Made by a program: the position numbers and the translations under genes. Shown piece by piece: positions 37,522 through 47,404 of a stretch of 64,000 nt of DNA. Source of the stretch: Verrucomicrobiota bacterium (GTDB lineage Bacteria > Verrucomicrobiota > Verrucomicrobiia > Opitutales > Cerasicoccaceae). The notes beneath the pieces are model-generated. The model was not told the DNA's origin and made no database searches. It was given only the letters and a program-made list of their open reading frames with translations. How positions within the stretch are numbered: the stretch's first letter is position 1; the number at the start of each line of letters is the position of its first letter. The DNA is taken from NCBI GenBank assembly GCA_039818205.1, contig JBCBUK010000004.1, positions 245,405 to 309,404 of the forward strand, read 5' to 3'.

Positions 37522-38457
37522 TTAGCCTGCGATTTCGATATCGATTCCGTCGGGGATGATAGACTTTCTAACCCCGGCGGGAATGTCCAAGCTGTCCGCA
37601 ACAATCTCTAGGATCTGCGACTCGCCGCGGGTCAAAACGTGGTCGACAATAGCCAGGCGACCGAGGAGCAAGTAGAGGTCTACCCGCTCGTCGTAGGTGG
37701 ACATCTCGGTGTAGCGCTGGCAGCAAATCGGAATCTGAGAGCGGGTGGCTTGTCGGCAAAGGGCGACGGTGATCACCACCTCAGCGTGTTCTTCTGCAAG
37801 CTTCCAATGGGATTCCAGATACTCAGTTATGCCTTCAAGTTCTTCTGGAAGCAAAATCTGATCGGCATAGACCACTAGGCTGATCAGGGCCATTTCCAGG
37901 CTTAGCTTCTCGGCATTGTTGGGAGTCAGGCCGATTGAGGCAAACCTGTCGCCAAAGCGCAGCTTGAGGCGAAAGAGAATGGGATTCGAATTATATTCGG
38001 AGAGGTAGACTTCGCGGCCTCGGTGGCTGACTTTCGCTGGAAAGGGGGTGCGGGTCAGTTTGTAGCGAACCTTCTTAATGAAATTGATTTGGTCCTCAAC
38101 CAAGGCTTCTTTGATGTCCTGGAACGCCATCAATTTGTTGAGGTTCTTGCCGTCCGCAGGCATCAGACTCTCAAGCTGCAAAATCAGAGCTTTGTGTTCA
38201 CGGCTATTCTTAAAACGCTGAGAGTATCGCCGGGCGAGGCGCCGCCGCTCCATGGGGTCGATCGGGTACTCATGGTAGAGGTTGAAGGACTGCTGGAGCC
38301 GATCGTTAAGGGTCAATGCGCCGGAGAGGTAGGTTTGGATTTTAAGAACATCGTCGTGCTCAAGCTTGCCACCCGCCCATGCCATGGCCAACATTAGCTT
38401 CGCAATTGCTAAGGGCTGGGGGTCATCCTGATTATTCAACGCGTTCTCTGTGCTCAT
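37522..38457 (-). CDS. TerB-like protein with two TerB-type domains
   Basis: AMAWAGG.L...D and VVYAD.....EE...I, plus LAIVD......E near the C-terminus. Confidence 0.7.
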   Translation of the reverse strand: MSTENALNNQDDPQPLAIAKLMLAMAWAGGKLEHDDVLKIQTYLSGALTLNDRLQQSFNLYHEYPIDPMERRRLARRYSQRFKNSREHKALILQLESLMPADGKNLNKLMAFQDIKEALVEDQINFIKKVRYKLTRTPFPAKVSHRGREVYLSEYNSNPILFRLKLRFGDRFASIGLTPNNAEKLSLEMALISLVVYADQILLPEELEGITEYLESHWKLAEEHAEVVITVALCRQATRSQIPICCQRYTEMSTYDERVDLYLLLGRLAIVDHVLTRGESQILEIVADSLDIPAGVRKSIIPDGIDIEIAG

Positions 38458-38630
38458 TATACTCTAGCACTCCTGCTTCTGTGTTGATAGCGGATAATCA
38501 ATCCGAAGTCAACGAGTCTCGGGTAGGTCCTAAATTAACCCCCATTAATATACCAAATTGGTTGTAGTCAAGCATAAGGCATATGGCCCTAGGGGCTTTC
38601 ATTTGGGGTCAATTGATCAACGGGATCGAA

Positions 38631-39662
38631 TCAAACCCGCTTCAACGTGCACGAATGCGCCGCAAATCCTGCTCCAAAACTGGTCAACCACAGTGGTTCG
38701 GTTTGGTCCGGAATTTCTCGGAGGCGACTTTCTAAAGCGAAAAGCACAGATGGGCTGCTGAGGTTTCCAAATTGCTCAAGAATGCAGGTCGTTTCTGTTA
38801 AGTCTTTATCAGGCATATGCTTGCGGATTGAATTGATTACGTCGCGGCCACCCCCATGCGCGATAACGTCCATTGGTTCTGGTTGGCGATCATACAGGGT
38901 CTTGACGGCTTGTGCTGCGTGTTCGGGCACACTGACGTCGAGCTGGTTCTTTAGAAAACCTTCCTTGTTGGTGAAGCGCAGTGTCTCGCGTTTCTCCGGC
39001 AAGTGCAGCGTATCAAAATCGCCCACTTTCCAAGCTGCCCCATTGGTTGGTGGGCTTCCGGACCAGATACTGGCACTAGCGCCGTCTGCGAATAGACAGA
39101 GCGAAACCAAAACGCCCGGATCATCATCGATGTAGAATGCCGCGGAGCAGAGCTCGATGGCGATGACAGCAATCTTGGCATCTGGTTGCATATTCGCTAT
39201 TCCGGTAGCGCTGCGGATTGAGGGAATCGCGGCGCCACAGCCCAGGCCTACTAAGTCTTGGAGGTAGCAATTTGAAGGCAGGCCGAGCTGCTCAGCCACA
39301 TAGCTGGTCAACCCAGGGCAGAGATAACCAGTACAGGTGCAGACGACCAGGGCATCGAGCTGGTCTGCCTTCAACGCGGCTTGATCAAGTGCCTTCATTA
39401 GGGCTTTTCCTGCCAGCTTTGGAGCGCTCTCCTGAAAGGCATTGTTCAACTCCTCGGCACTGCGGTTAAAGAGGCGACTGATGTCGGGGACGGCGAAGTG
39501 TCGCTTGGCGATTCCGTTTGGATTGGTCAGCAATCGTTCGAGCAAATAGGCTGAACGCGGTTTGAGCTGTTCAAGAATTCCGGATGACTTTGCGATATCC
39601 CAGCATTCCGATTGAGTATAGGCGTCTTCTGGGACGTGATTGGTAAGTGCGTGTAAATACAT
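38631..39662 (-). CDS. Type III polyketide synthase
   Basis: CTCTGYLCPG, GLGC (Cys), ELCS, LFADGA, HGGG (His), GNLSS (Asn), FGAGF. Confidence 0.93.
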   Translation of the reverse strand: MYLHALTNHVPEDAYTQSECWDIAKSSGILEQLKPRSAYLLERLLTNPNGIAKRHFAVPDISRLFNRSAEELNNAFQESAPKLAGKALMKALDQAALKADQLDALVVCTCTGYLCPGLTSYVAEQLGLPSNCYLQDLVGLGCGAAIPSIRSATGIANMQPDAKIAVIAIELCSAAFYIDDDPGVLVSLCLFADGASASIWSGSPPTNGAAWKVGDFDTLHLPEKRETLRFTNKEGFLKNQLDVSVPEHAAQAVKTLYDRQPEPMDVIAHGGGRDVINSIRKHMPDKDLTETTCILEQFGNLSSPSVLFALESRLREIPDQTEPLWLTSFGAGFAAHSCTLKRV

Positions 39663-39683
39663 TAAATGAGATTTGCAGCCTCC

Positions 39684-40715
39684 TTAGTGAGTCAGTTGGT
39701 AGAGTAGCTTGAACGGGAGAAGATTTGATTTTGCGGCGCGGGCAAGCATGCGCTGTTTCCCGGTTTGCAGGATCCAGGGTTGGAGATGCCGTGCGATTGA
39801 GCGGCGAGTGTTAAAGGTTTGCTTCAACGCCTTATTGACGGTCTGGCAGGCGCTTTCCCAGGAAGTCTTTCCCCGAGCATATTGACCAATTGGATCGACG
39901 GCCAAATGAGCACTAATTAACGCCGATGCCATACCGTTGCCAGTGAAAGGAGCAATCAATCCTGACTGGTCGCCCAGGCGAATTTCTTGGCCGACCTGAT
40001 CGAAGCTGGTTGGCGCATATGACAAACCAGCAACGCCTACGGCACTTTTGTCATCGGGATCTCCCGATGCGATTTGTTCGGCAAGATAAGTCAGGTTGCT
40101 GGCTTTGAGGTATTCGATGATTCGCTCGGGCTTTGGAACCGCTCGGGTCGAACGCTGCTTGAACAGACCACAAATATTGACCCGGCCTGATTCCACGATG
40201 GATAGTCCAACGTAGGCCTGGTTGCCCAGGTGCAATTCGAGATCACTGGATAGCTTGAGATCTCGACAATGAATCTTCAGTCCAATCCAATCGCTGTCAG
40301 CTTTAACGCGACCTTGTGCTGCGACCCAACCCGACTCATCCCTTGGAGCGTTCACCCGTTGATGGCACTCCAAGGTGCCCCCGAGATCCACGAAGGTTTC
40401 TGCCATACGTTGATCAAGCCGGTAGCGCGATATCCCAATTGCCGTTCTAGGGAGTGGTTTTTGATAAACTTGGGCGCCCTCAAAAAACCAAGTTGATTTG
40501 TTCAACTGCAGCGAGTCGGCCAAGCATTGGTCAATCCCCAGTGCGCGAATCTCAGATTGGGTGATCCCGGCAATGAACTCACCGCATACCCGGTGCCGCG
40601 GATAGCTGCCGGCTTCAAGAATGCTAACGGGCACCTGTTGCCGACGCAGGGCAATCCCGAGAGCGAGCCCAGCGAGCCCTCCGCCTACAATCGTAATTGG
40701 GTTGGATGCGGTCAT
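39684..40715 (-). CDS. FAD-dependent oxidoreductase/monooxygenase
   Basis: IVGGGLAG, HRVCGEF, SRYRLD, GD..G.I.P.TGNGM. Start MTASNP overlaps the upstream stop (ATGA). Confidence 0.88.
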   Translation of the reverse strand: MTASNPITIVGGGLAGLALGIALRRQQVPVSILEAGSYPRHRVCGEFIAGITQSEIRALGIDQCLADSLQLNKSTWFFEGAQVYQKPLPRTAIGISRYRLDQRMAETFVDLGGTLECHQRVNAPRDESGWVAAQGRVKADSDWIGLKIHCRDLKLSSDLELHLGNQAYVGLSIVESGRVNICGLFKQRSTRAVPKPERIIEYLKASNLTYLAEQIASGDPDDKSAVGVAGLSYAPTSFDQVGQEIRLGDQSGLIAPFTGNGMASALISAHLAVDPIGQYARGKTSWESACQTVNKALKQTFNTRRSIARHLQPWILQTGKQRMLARAAKSNLLPFKLLYQLTH

Positions 40716-41374
40716 GAAGGGGAGGGGGCATCTCGAGTTGCCAGGAATCGATAGGATCCGAAAAAGGATGTCTCCACAGTGTATCGCCAAGACTCATTGA
40801 GACCAAAAATCTGGGCGAGCTCATCGTTTTTAAAGCCGGCTCGAATACTTACATTGCCATCATGTCGGGAGACGTCGTTTACGATCGGGTAAAGGAACTT
40901 AAAAAGCCATTCACTGCGCTTGCATCGTTCGGGCTCTTGTAGGGCGATGAGGCGAATTTGACTCTCATTGATGCGCTGCCCAAGCGTTTTCAATTGAATG
41001 TTGTCAAACTGATGAATGATGAGGTTGCCAAAAAAAACGGACGTGGTGCCAAAGTCTTTGATGCTCATGCAATCGATTTGTTGCCAGGCAAACTGAGTGG
41101 GGAAATCGGCGGGTGGCGGCGACAGGTCAATGGCACGATAGTGGGTCGGCTGGCAAGGTGCGTAGCTGACTAGATCGTTGGCGATATCGCCGAAGCCAGC
41201 TCCGAATTCCATTATGTGGTCATTGTTAGCAATCTCAGGAAAGACCGTTTTTCGAAACCAATGTGGGTTTCTCATTAGATGGTTGATAAATCGGATATCC
41301 CGTCGGTTACGCAGGGCGCGCGGGTCATCATGGTCGAGCGAATCCAATATCTCTGGCAGAACCTCACGTTGCAT
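40712..41374 (-). CDS. Class I SAM-dependent methyltransferase
   Basis: EILD, DIRFINH, MEFGAGFGD motif I, NLIIHQF, RHDG..SIRAGF. Confidence 0.82.
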   Translation of the reverse strand: MQREVLPEILDSLDHDDPRALRNRRDIRFINHLMRNPHWFRKTVFPEIANNDHIMEFGAGFGDIANDLVSYAPCQPTHYRAIDLSPPPADFPTQFAWQQIDCMSIKDFGTTSVFFGNLIIHQFDNIQLKTLGQRINESQIRLIALQEPERCKRSEWLFKFLYPIVNDVSRHDGNVSIRAGFKNDELAQIFGLNESWRYTVETSFFGSYRFLATRDAPSPS

Positions 41375-41545
41375 AAAATATATACGAAAAATTTGAATGA
41401 ATTTAGCAAGCTGAGTTAGTGACAATCATGATGCTTGGGGTGTATGGATGGTTGCTTATGAAGGATATGTTAAAGAGCTAACTGGGGGTTATCTGGGGTG
41501 TGAATGCGTTTGAATCGAGCAGTGAATAGGTATATTTTTCTTCTT

Positions 41546-42016
41546 ATGCATAAGGCCAAACAGTATCGCGCTGCTTTCACACTCGTTGAGATGATGGTTG
41601 TCGTGGTTGTTATTGGTATCCTCGCGGCAATGATTTTACCTGCATTTGTCCGCGTTCGTCAATCTGCACAGAATACACGTTTTATCAACGATGCGCGGCA
41701 GTTCGGAGCTGCCTTGGATATCTACATGACTGAAGTTGGCCTGGCTCCAGACGACTTTAGCTCGGGAGCTATCCTCTCCCCATTGGATGAGTATATTAAA
41801 CCGAGTGATTTTTCTGGGACTTCGCCTATTGGTGGAGTTTGGGATATCGAAGGTGGGGACTCTGGTATTTGGTACGCCGCAGTCGGGGTGCACAACTTCA
41901 CCATTGATGCTGACCAAGTGCAAAAAATTGACGATACCTATGATGACGGCAACCTGAGCACTGGACGAATCCAGGCTGATGGAGGCTCGCGTATATATTG
42001 GATTGTTGAGGAATAG
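41546..42016 (+). CDS. Stand-alone type IV pilin-like protein
   Basis: AA|FTLVEMMVVVVVIGILAA..LPAF; PIGG.W; IDD..DDG.L.TG. Confidence 0.88.
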   Translation: MHKAKQYRAAFTLVEMMVVVVVIGILAAMILPAFVRVRQSAQNTRFINDARQFGAALDIYMTEVGLAPDDFSSGAILSPLDEYIKPSDFSGTSPIGGVWDIEGGDSGIWYAAVGVHNFTIDADQVQKIDDTYDDGNLSTGRIQADGGSRIYWIVEE

Positions 42017-42042
42017 ATTTGATTCAATCCAAGATTAAAAAA

Positions 42043-43596
42043 TCACTGCGAAGAATCGTCAGATGCGCGGCCTCCGGATGACTTTGGCCGTTCATTCAGC
42101 AGGGCTTTCATTGTGATTTGGGCTGGATGGCTATCTGCAAACTCAAGCACGGTGTCAGCGTAGGCCTGTACCGCAGGATCGGCTTGTTCCAGTAGCATGA
42201 GTGCTTCGTTATTTCCTTGGCTTTCCAGGCTGTATTTAAAGTCAGCTAATGAAACTCGGTCTAGTGGCCGCCCTGGTTGATAGCAGGGCGCGTCGTCATC
42301 TCGATCAGTTTCGGTGTCAACCACGGTAAGCATGCCCATCTTCGTGAGTTGCCAAATCGTGTGATTCAAGATGTTGACGGGCACTCGAATGCGTTCGCTG
42401 AGCTCATCGGCAGTCAGCGGTTCTTCGCAGGCCTCGAAGCGTCGCCCGACAATTGCGAGGGTTGCCAACGCGAGGAGCTCTTGGGCTCGGCGGCTCGTGT
42501 TATTCCAGGCTCTGAGGTGAGTCAGGTGGTTAACGTTCTGAATTGAGTAGGTTAGTTGGCCGCCGAGGAGTAGGATGAGCCAGAAGATGAACAAACCGAG
42601 GAGGAGCACTGGCAGGATACCCACGGCGCCAAACAAGCTTTGCTGGCGAATCACGAAGCCGATGTAGAAGAAGCTTAGCGCCTGGTTTAGATAGAGCAGC
42701 AGTGTGACAACGAGCGAGCCCAAGAGAGCCGGCCCCCACCGAACTCGTATGTTCGGTATGAACCGATTGAAGATGGTTAGCAGGAGGAGGACGATTATGA
42801 AGATAAACAAGGGGCTGAGGCTCAGTACCGAATCCCGGAACATCTCTCCGTGGGGAATGTTTTTGAAGGCTTCGGCAATCTTGCTGTAGATTCCGATTGT
42901 TAAGACGGCAACGCCGAGCACCGCGCCCAAGGAAATGAACGTCCAATAAAAAACGAAGCGTTGGACATATTTTCGCCCGCGTAGGACTCCCCAGATTGCG
43001 TTGAAGTTTTTTTCAATCGTCGCCAGAAGCTGAACGCTGATGAGGATCAGAAGGATTGATCCGATGACTCCAAAAGTGCTCGACCGAGCGTTTTCGACGA
43101 GGCCATCGATCACGGTTTCCAGTTCGCTTTTTATTTTCTCTTCGGAACCCGATTCCGAAGTGGCTTTTCCAGTGGTGCTGTGGAGTTGACTGTGCTCTTG
43201 AAGAATTTTTACTTCGCGTTCGCTTGCAGTCTCCGCTGATGGAGCCACGAAATAAACGGCGTTAGTCAATGCCTCCGCAATTCGATCTCGACCATCGTCG
43301 GGAAGGATGAAGCCGGAGACCATGATTACGATAGCAATGAATGGCCCGACGGCAACCAAGGTAAAATAACTCAGTGCGGCAGCTTGGCTCGGGATGCGGT
43401 TGTTTTCGACCCCATCCACCGTTAACGCAATAATGCGCAAGAGACCGAAAAAATAGGCCCGGACCGATTTATCGTTTACGTAGCTAACATCCCAAATCTC
43501 TTCCCGAATTAACTCGGGAACGGCGACGAAGAAACTGACTAACTTACTCCACCAGGATTGTTTTTTTGTTGGAGAAGATTCGTCGTCCATGTCCAT
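42043..43596 (-). CDS. YihY/BrkB-family membrane protein with C-terminal HTH-like domain
   Basis: AAALSYFTL, IE..FN.IW, F.FYW, PN..V, several TM segments, C-terminal wHTH-like region. Confidence 0.9.
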   Translation of the reverse strand: MDMDDESSPTKKQSWWSKLVSFFVAVPELIREEIWDVSYVNDKSVRAYFFGLLRIIALTVDGVENNRIPSQAAALSYFTLVAVGPFIAIVIMVSGFILPDDGRDRIAEALTNAVYFVAPSAETASEREVKILQEHSQLHSTTGKATSESGSEEKIKSELETVIDGLVENARSSTFGVIGSILLILISVQLLATIEKNFNAIWGVLRGRKYVQRFVFYWTFISLGAVLGVAVLTIGIYSKIAEAFKNIPHGEMFRDSVLSLSPLFIFIIVLLLLTIFNRFIPNIRVRWGPALLGSLVVTLLLYLNQALSFFYIGFVIRQQSLFGAVGILPVLLLGLFIFWLILLLGGQLTYSIQNVNHLTHLRAWNNTSRRAQELLALATLAIVGRRFEACEEPLTADELSERIRVPVNILNHTIWQLTKMGMLTVVDTETDRDDDAPCYQPGRPLDRVSLADFKYSLESQGNNEALMLLEQADPAVQAYADTVLEFADSHPAQITMKALLNERPKSSGGRASDDSSQ

Positions 43597-43620
43597 GCGG
43601 CTGTGAACCGCTTATGATGG

Positions 43621-44382
43621 CTAACCGAGCACGGTTATGGCGGCAACCATGCCCATACCTAATATTCCGATAACGGCACAGGCAATCATCGCGTACAGGT
43701 TGAGCGTAATCGTACAGACCCAACCAGCGAAAGAACCGGCGATGATCGCCAACATTTGGGACGTGTCACCCCAGGACCAGAATACATACCCAAAGTAACC
43801 CAGCCCCAACATAAGTCGAAAACGGATCAACGGAAACGCATCCGTGACTGATAGGATACAGCAAAGGGTGAGAAACAAATCAAGGATGCCAACGATTAGG
43901 AGCGGGTATTGTAGAATGAGCGAGTATTCGCCATTTTCCTGAATGTCGCTGATGACCGATACATTCGGCCAAATTTCAATAATGGCCGCCATCAACATGA
44001 TGACTGCCAGTGCTGGCAGAGAAATCGCTGCAGACGTTTCAGCTCGGCGGTGCCGTTTGCGCAGGTGTTTGGTTTCGCTGGTGTTGCCCTCGGCCGCGGC
44101 GAGCATATCGTCGACCTTCATCTCCGGGCGCATCTCGTCTTCCTCGTCGAGGGACTCAGCCAAGACTTCTTTAGGTTTCAAGCCGAGAGGCTTGGTCTCG
44201 GGGTCAATGGCTAAGCGAATTTCATCGTTTTGGCCCAGCGGCAACCAATCCTCATGATCTTCATCATAGTAGAGGGTCGATTCAGTAGCTTTACCTGCTT
44301 CGATCAGGTCGGCAATACGATCGGGATCGTAGGGTCCCTTTGCTTCCTCTGATTCGGGTTCGCGGATGTAGTATTCGCCCAT
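43621..44382 (-). CDS. GYF_2 (DUF4339)-like domain membrane protein
   Basis: YYI......KGPY....I..L...G......L......W.PL at the N-terminus; 4-5 C-terminal TM helices. Confidence 0.7.
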   Translation of the reverse strand: MGEYYIREPESEEAKGPYDPDRIADLIEAGKATESTLYYDEDHEDWLPLGQNDEIRLAIDPETKPLGLKPKEVLAESLDEEDEMRPEMKVDDMLAAAEGNTSETKHLRKRHRRAETSAAISLPALAVIMLMAAIIEIWPNVSVISDIQENGEYSLILQYPLLIVGILDLFLTLCCILSVTDAFPLIRFRLMLGLGYFGYVFWSWGDTSQMLAIIAGSFAGWVCTITLNLYAMIACAVIGILGMGMVAAITVLG

Positions 44383-44514
44383 TTTGCAGCCGATTTTTTG
44401 CGAATATTACTTCCCGAGCAAGCCTAAAGGCTTCCGACTGGCACAATACACAGATTCGTAAAACTCGCGTAAATGCTTGTTAATCGGGTGGTTCTCACAC
44501 CTCGGTAGTGTTCT

Positions 44515-45342
44515 TCAGACCGTGGCCGTATCGCCACCCCAACGCAGTTTTTGTCGGAGTATACTAAAATAGGAATAGTCGCTGGGCAGCAGGAGCGGCA
44601 GTTCTCTCCGAGAGATATAGATTTCTAATGGAAAGAATTCCTCACCGTTAAGTCGCTGTGCGCCGTCGAGGGTCACCTGAGCATTGGCACCTTCGAGAAC
44701 CTTAACCGTGAATTTACTCTCTCGGGTGAGGACGAGGCTTCGGTTGCTCAGGCTGTGGGGGCAAATGGGCGTCATGACGAGCACTTCGGCTCCGGGCATG
44801 ATGATTGGGCCACCCGCCGACAGATTGTAGGCTGTGGATCCGGTCGGGGTGCTGAAAATGATCCCGTCGCTGTAATACTCGGTTACCAGCGAGTCATCGC
44901 ACCAAACTTGGAGGCCGATCAATCGACGACCATCCGCGCTTTTGATGACGGCGTCATTGAGGGCCAGGGCGTGCTCATTGCCAGCGGTTTTGGCATGCAG
45001 CACCGATCGTTTCTCGATTTGAAAGTCGCCACGCAAGATATCGATGAAGTGCTTGCGGATGTCGGCAACTGAGTAAGTTGCCAGGAATCCAAGTTTGCCC
45101 TGGTTGACACCGAAGACAGGTGTCTGGGAACGCATCGACTCCGGTGCGCAAGCGAGGATGGTTCCATCACCACCCAGAACGCAGCAGACGTCGGCATCCT
45201 CGAGAAAACCTTCCGGAATCGGATACTCGGTTAGCCGTCGTGCATCGACTCCTTGATCCCGACAAACGCCCTCGAGGAATTCAGCCAGCTCCAAAGCACC
45301 AGCTTTAGTGGAATTCACAACGAAGGCGATCCGAGATAGCAT
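44515..45342 (-). CDS. nadK: NAD(+) kinase
   Basis: LGGDGT, GVN.GKLGFL, ALND, DG...STPTGSTAY.LSAGGP, PICPH. Confidence 0.95.
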   Translation of the reverse strand: MLSRIAFVVNSTKAGALELAEFLEGVCRDQGVDARRLTEYPIPEGFLEDADVCCVLGGDGTILACAPESMRSQTPVFGVNQGKLGFLATYSVADIRKHFIDILRGDFQIEKRSVLHAKTAGNEHALALNDAVIKSADGRRLIGLQVWCDDSLVTEYYSDGIIFSTPTGSTAYNLSAGGPIIMPGAEVLVMTPICPHSLSNRSLVLTRESKFTVKVLEGANAQVTLDGAQRLNGEEFFPLEIYISRRELPLLLPSDYSYFSILRQKLRWGGDTATV

Positions 45343-45345
45343 CGG

Positions 45346-46572
45346 TTACCTTAGCTTGTTTAGCTGGTTGTTGGCCCGGGCGCGTAGACGCAGAGCCTGA
45401 AGACGGATGAAACCGCTGGCGTCATCTGGGTTGTAGTCACTTTCAACGCCTTCCATCGAAGCGATGTCCTCGTCGTAAAGTGACAGTTCGCTCTTGCGGC
45501 CAACGGTGGTAATGTTGCCCTTGTAGAGCTTCAATCGAACCGTTCCAGCGACGTGCTTTTGGCTGTCGTCAAAGAACGCTTGTAGTGCCTCGCGTTCCGG
45601 CGCGAACCAGAATCCGTAGTAGACCAGCTCGGCATACTTTGGAATCAAGCTATCCCGCAGGTGCATGAGGTCGCGGTCCATGGTCAAACTTTCGACCTGT
45701 CGGTGACCCTGCATTAAGATGGTGCCGCCTGGCGTTTCATAAACGCCCCGGCTCTTCATGCCGACGAACCGGTTTTCCACCAGGTCAACCCGGCCGATAC
45801 CATGCTTTCCAGCGAGCTGGTTGAGTGTCTTGAGCACCTGAGCAGGCGTCATTGATTCTCCGTTAACCGCGACGCAATCGCCGCGTTCGAAATCCAACTC
45901 AATGTATTCGGGCTCATCCGGTGCGTCCTGCGGGTCTGCTGTGAGCTTGTACATCGCCTTATTGTCTGGTGTGGTTGGGTCGAACCAAGGATCTTCTAAA
46001 ATGCCCGCTTCATAGGAGATGTGGAGTAGATTGCGGTCCATCGAGTAGGGCTTCGAGGCGCTTGCTTCGACGTCGACGCCATTTGCGGCGCACCAATCGA
46101 TCATTTCAGTCCGACCCGGGAAGGTTTCGCGAAAGATCGGCATGCGCCATGGGGAAATAATCTGCAGCTCAGGTGCCAGGGCGGCATAGGTCAGCTCGAA
46201 ACGGACTTGGTCGTTGCCCTTGCCGGTTGCGCCGTGGGCGACGGCGTCGGCACCTTCTTTGTGGGCGATGTCGATCTGCGCTTTGGCGATCAAGGGCCGC
46301 GCGATCGAGGTGCCCAGGTAATACTGACCTTCGTAGATGGCGTTGGCGCGCAGCATCGGATAGATGTAGTCGCTGGCGAACTCATCAACCAGATCCAACG
46401 TATAGTGGGTTGAGGCGCCGGTTGCTTCAGCCTTTTCGGGCAGGCCGGTCAGTTCTTCCTCCTGACCCACGTCTGCAGCAAAGGTGATAATTTCCGCGTT
46501 GTATTGGTTCTTCAACCAACGGACGAGCACGGATGTGTCGAGACCTCCTGAGTATGCGAGAACAATTTTCAT
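45346..46572 (-). CDS. argG: Argininosuccinate synthase
   Basis: [46 protein letters not shown]. Confidence 0.98.
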   Translation of the reverse strand: MKIVLAYSGGLDTSVLVRWLKNQYNAEIITFAADVGQEEELTGLPEKAEATGASTHYTLDLVDEFASDYIYPMLRANAIYEGQYYLGTSIARPLIAKAQIDIAHKEGADAVAHGATGKGNDQVRFELTYAALAPELQIISPWRMPIFRETFPGRTEMIDWCAANGVDVEASASKPYSMDRNLLHISYEAGILEDPWFDPTTPDNKAMYKLTADPQDAPDEPEYIELDFERGDCVAVNGESMTPAQVLKTLNQLAGKHGIGRVDLVENRFVGMKSRGVYETPGGTILMQGHRQVESLTMDRDLMHLRDSLIPKYAELVYYGFWFAPEREALQAFFDDSQKHVAGTVRLKLYKGNITTVGRKSELSLYDEDIASMEGVESDYNPDDASGFIRLQALRLRARANNQLNKLR

Positions 46573-46760
46573 AATCGTAAACCTTCGGCTTTAACGATCG
46601 AGCGCTCCTCCGCCAAGGATAAAGCGCGGGTGGATTGCCTCAACGAATTGCTTGGTGCTCCGCGAAAAGCTCACCGGCGCGCATCAAAAACCTCGGGAAG
46701 GACATTGACGCCTCTTGGTATTTGCCGTAAATATGATGACCTCTGCTCTGTTTTGGGAAT

Positions 46761-47336
46761 ATGTCCGCGCCTCTCCCAGCACCGCTCGCTCAGGCTCTCG
46801 ACGAAGACTTGGATTTCTTCACGGGGGAGCATTGCGAATGGAAACTGGAAATCGAGGATTCGGCGGATTACATAGAAAAAGAGACGGGTTGCCGGGTTCT
46901 CGTATTTGCGAACAACGGCTTCGGTGATAGTCTGTTTCTCAAAATCGATGATGCTGGCTTGGCGAACGAAGGCATATTTGAGTTCAATCATGAAGGCTCA
47001 GAGGTGTTGGTGGTTCCAGAATCGTTGGAAGTCCTTCTTGGTTTTGAAGACCGCGAACCATCCACGGATGACTATCCTCAAGCGATCTACGAAAGCGGAG
47101 AACCCATCCAGTTAGGTGACCGAGTCCAGTTTAAGCTATGGCTGGAGTTTTGGAAGGGGTGGCTCGATGGTGTCGTGGCGTATGTTCCAGGAATTTCAAA
47201 GAAGAATCTCGAGCATGAGACCGAGGACCTTAAATGGATCTCAATCGATTATGGCAGCGAGTCCTTCGGTCCGGTGGTTGATCCAGATACTGGAATCGTG
47301 AAAAAGGTGAGGCTGGTCGAACGCGCTAAGAAGTAG
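46761..47336 (+). CDS. SMI1/KNR4 (SUKH)-like protein with extra C-terminal domain
   Basis: LP..., FANNGFGD.L.L, I..FNHE...V..SL; acidic; second domain starts YESGEPIQLGDRV. Confidence 0.65.
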   Translation: MSAPLPAPLAQALDEDLDFFTGEHCEWKLEIEDSADYIEKETGCRVLVFANNGFGDSLFLKIDDAGLANEGIFEFNHEGSEVLVVPESLEVLLGFEDREPSTDDYPQAIYESGEPIQLGDRVQFKLWLEFWKGWLDGVVAYVPGISKKNLEHETEDLKWISIDYGSESFGPVVDPDTGIVKKVRLVERAKK

Positions 47337-47404
47337 CCTTTTGCATGCTGACGAATTGCATTACTGGCTTGCCAATGCGGAGCTAAGCATCCCCCTTTAG
47401 GCTC

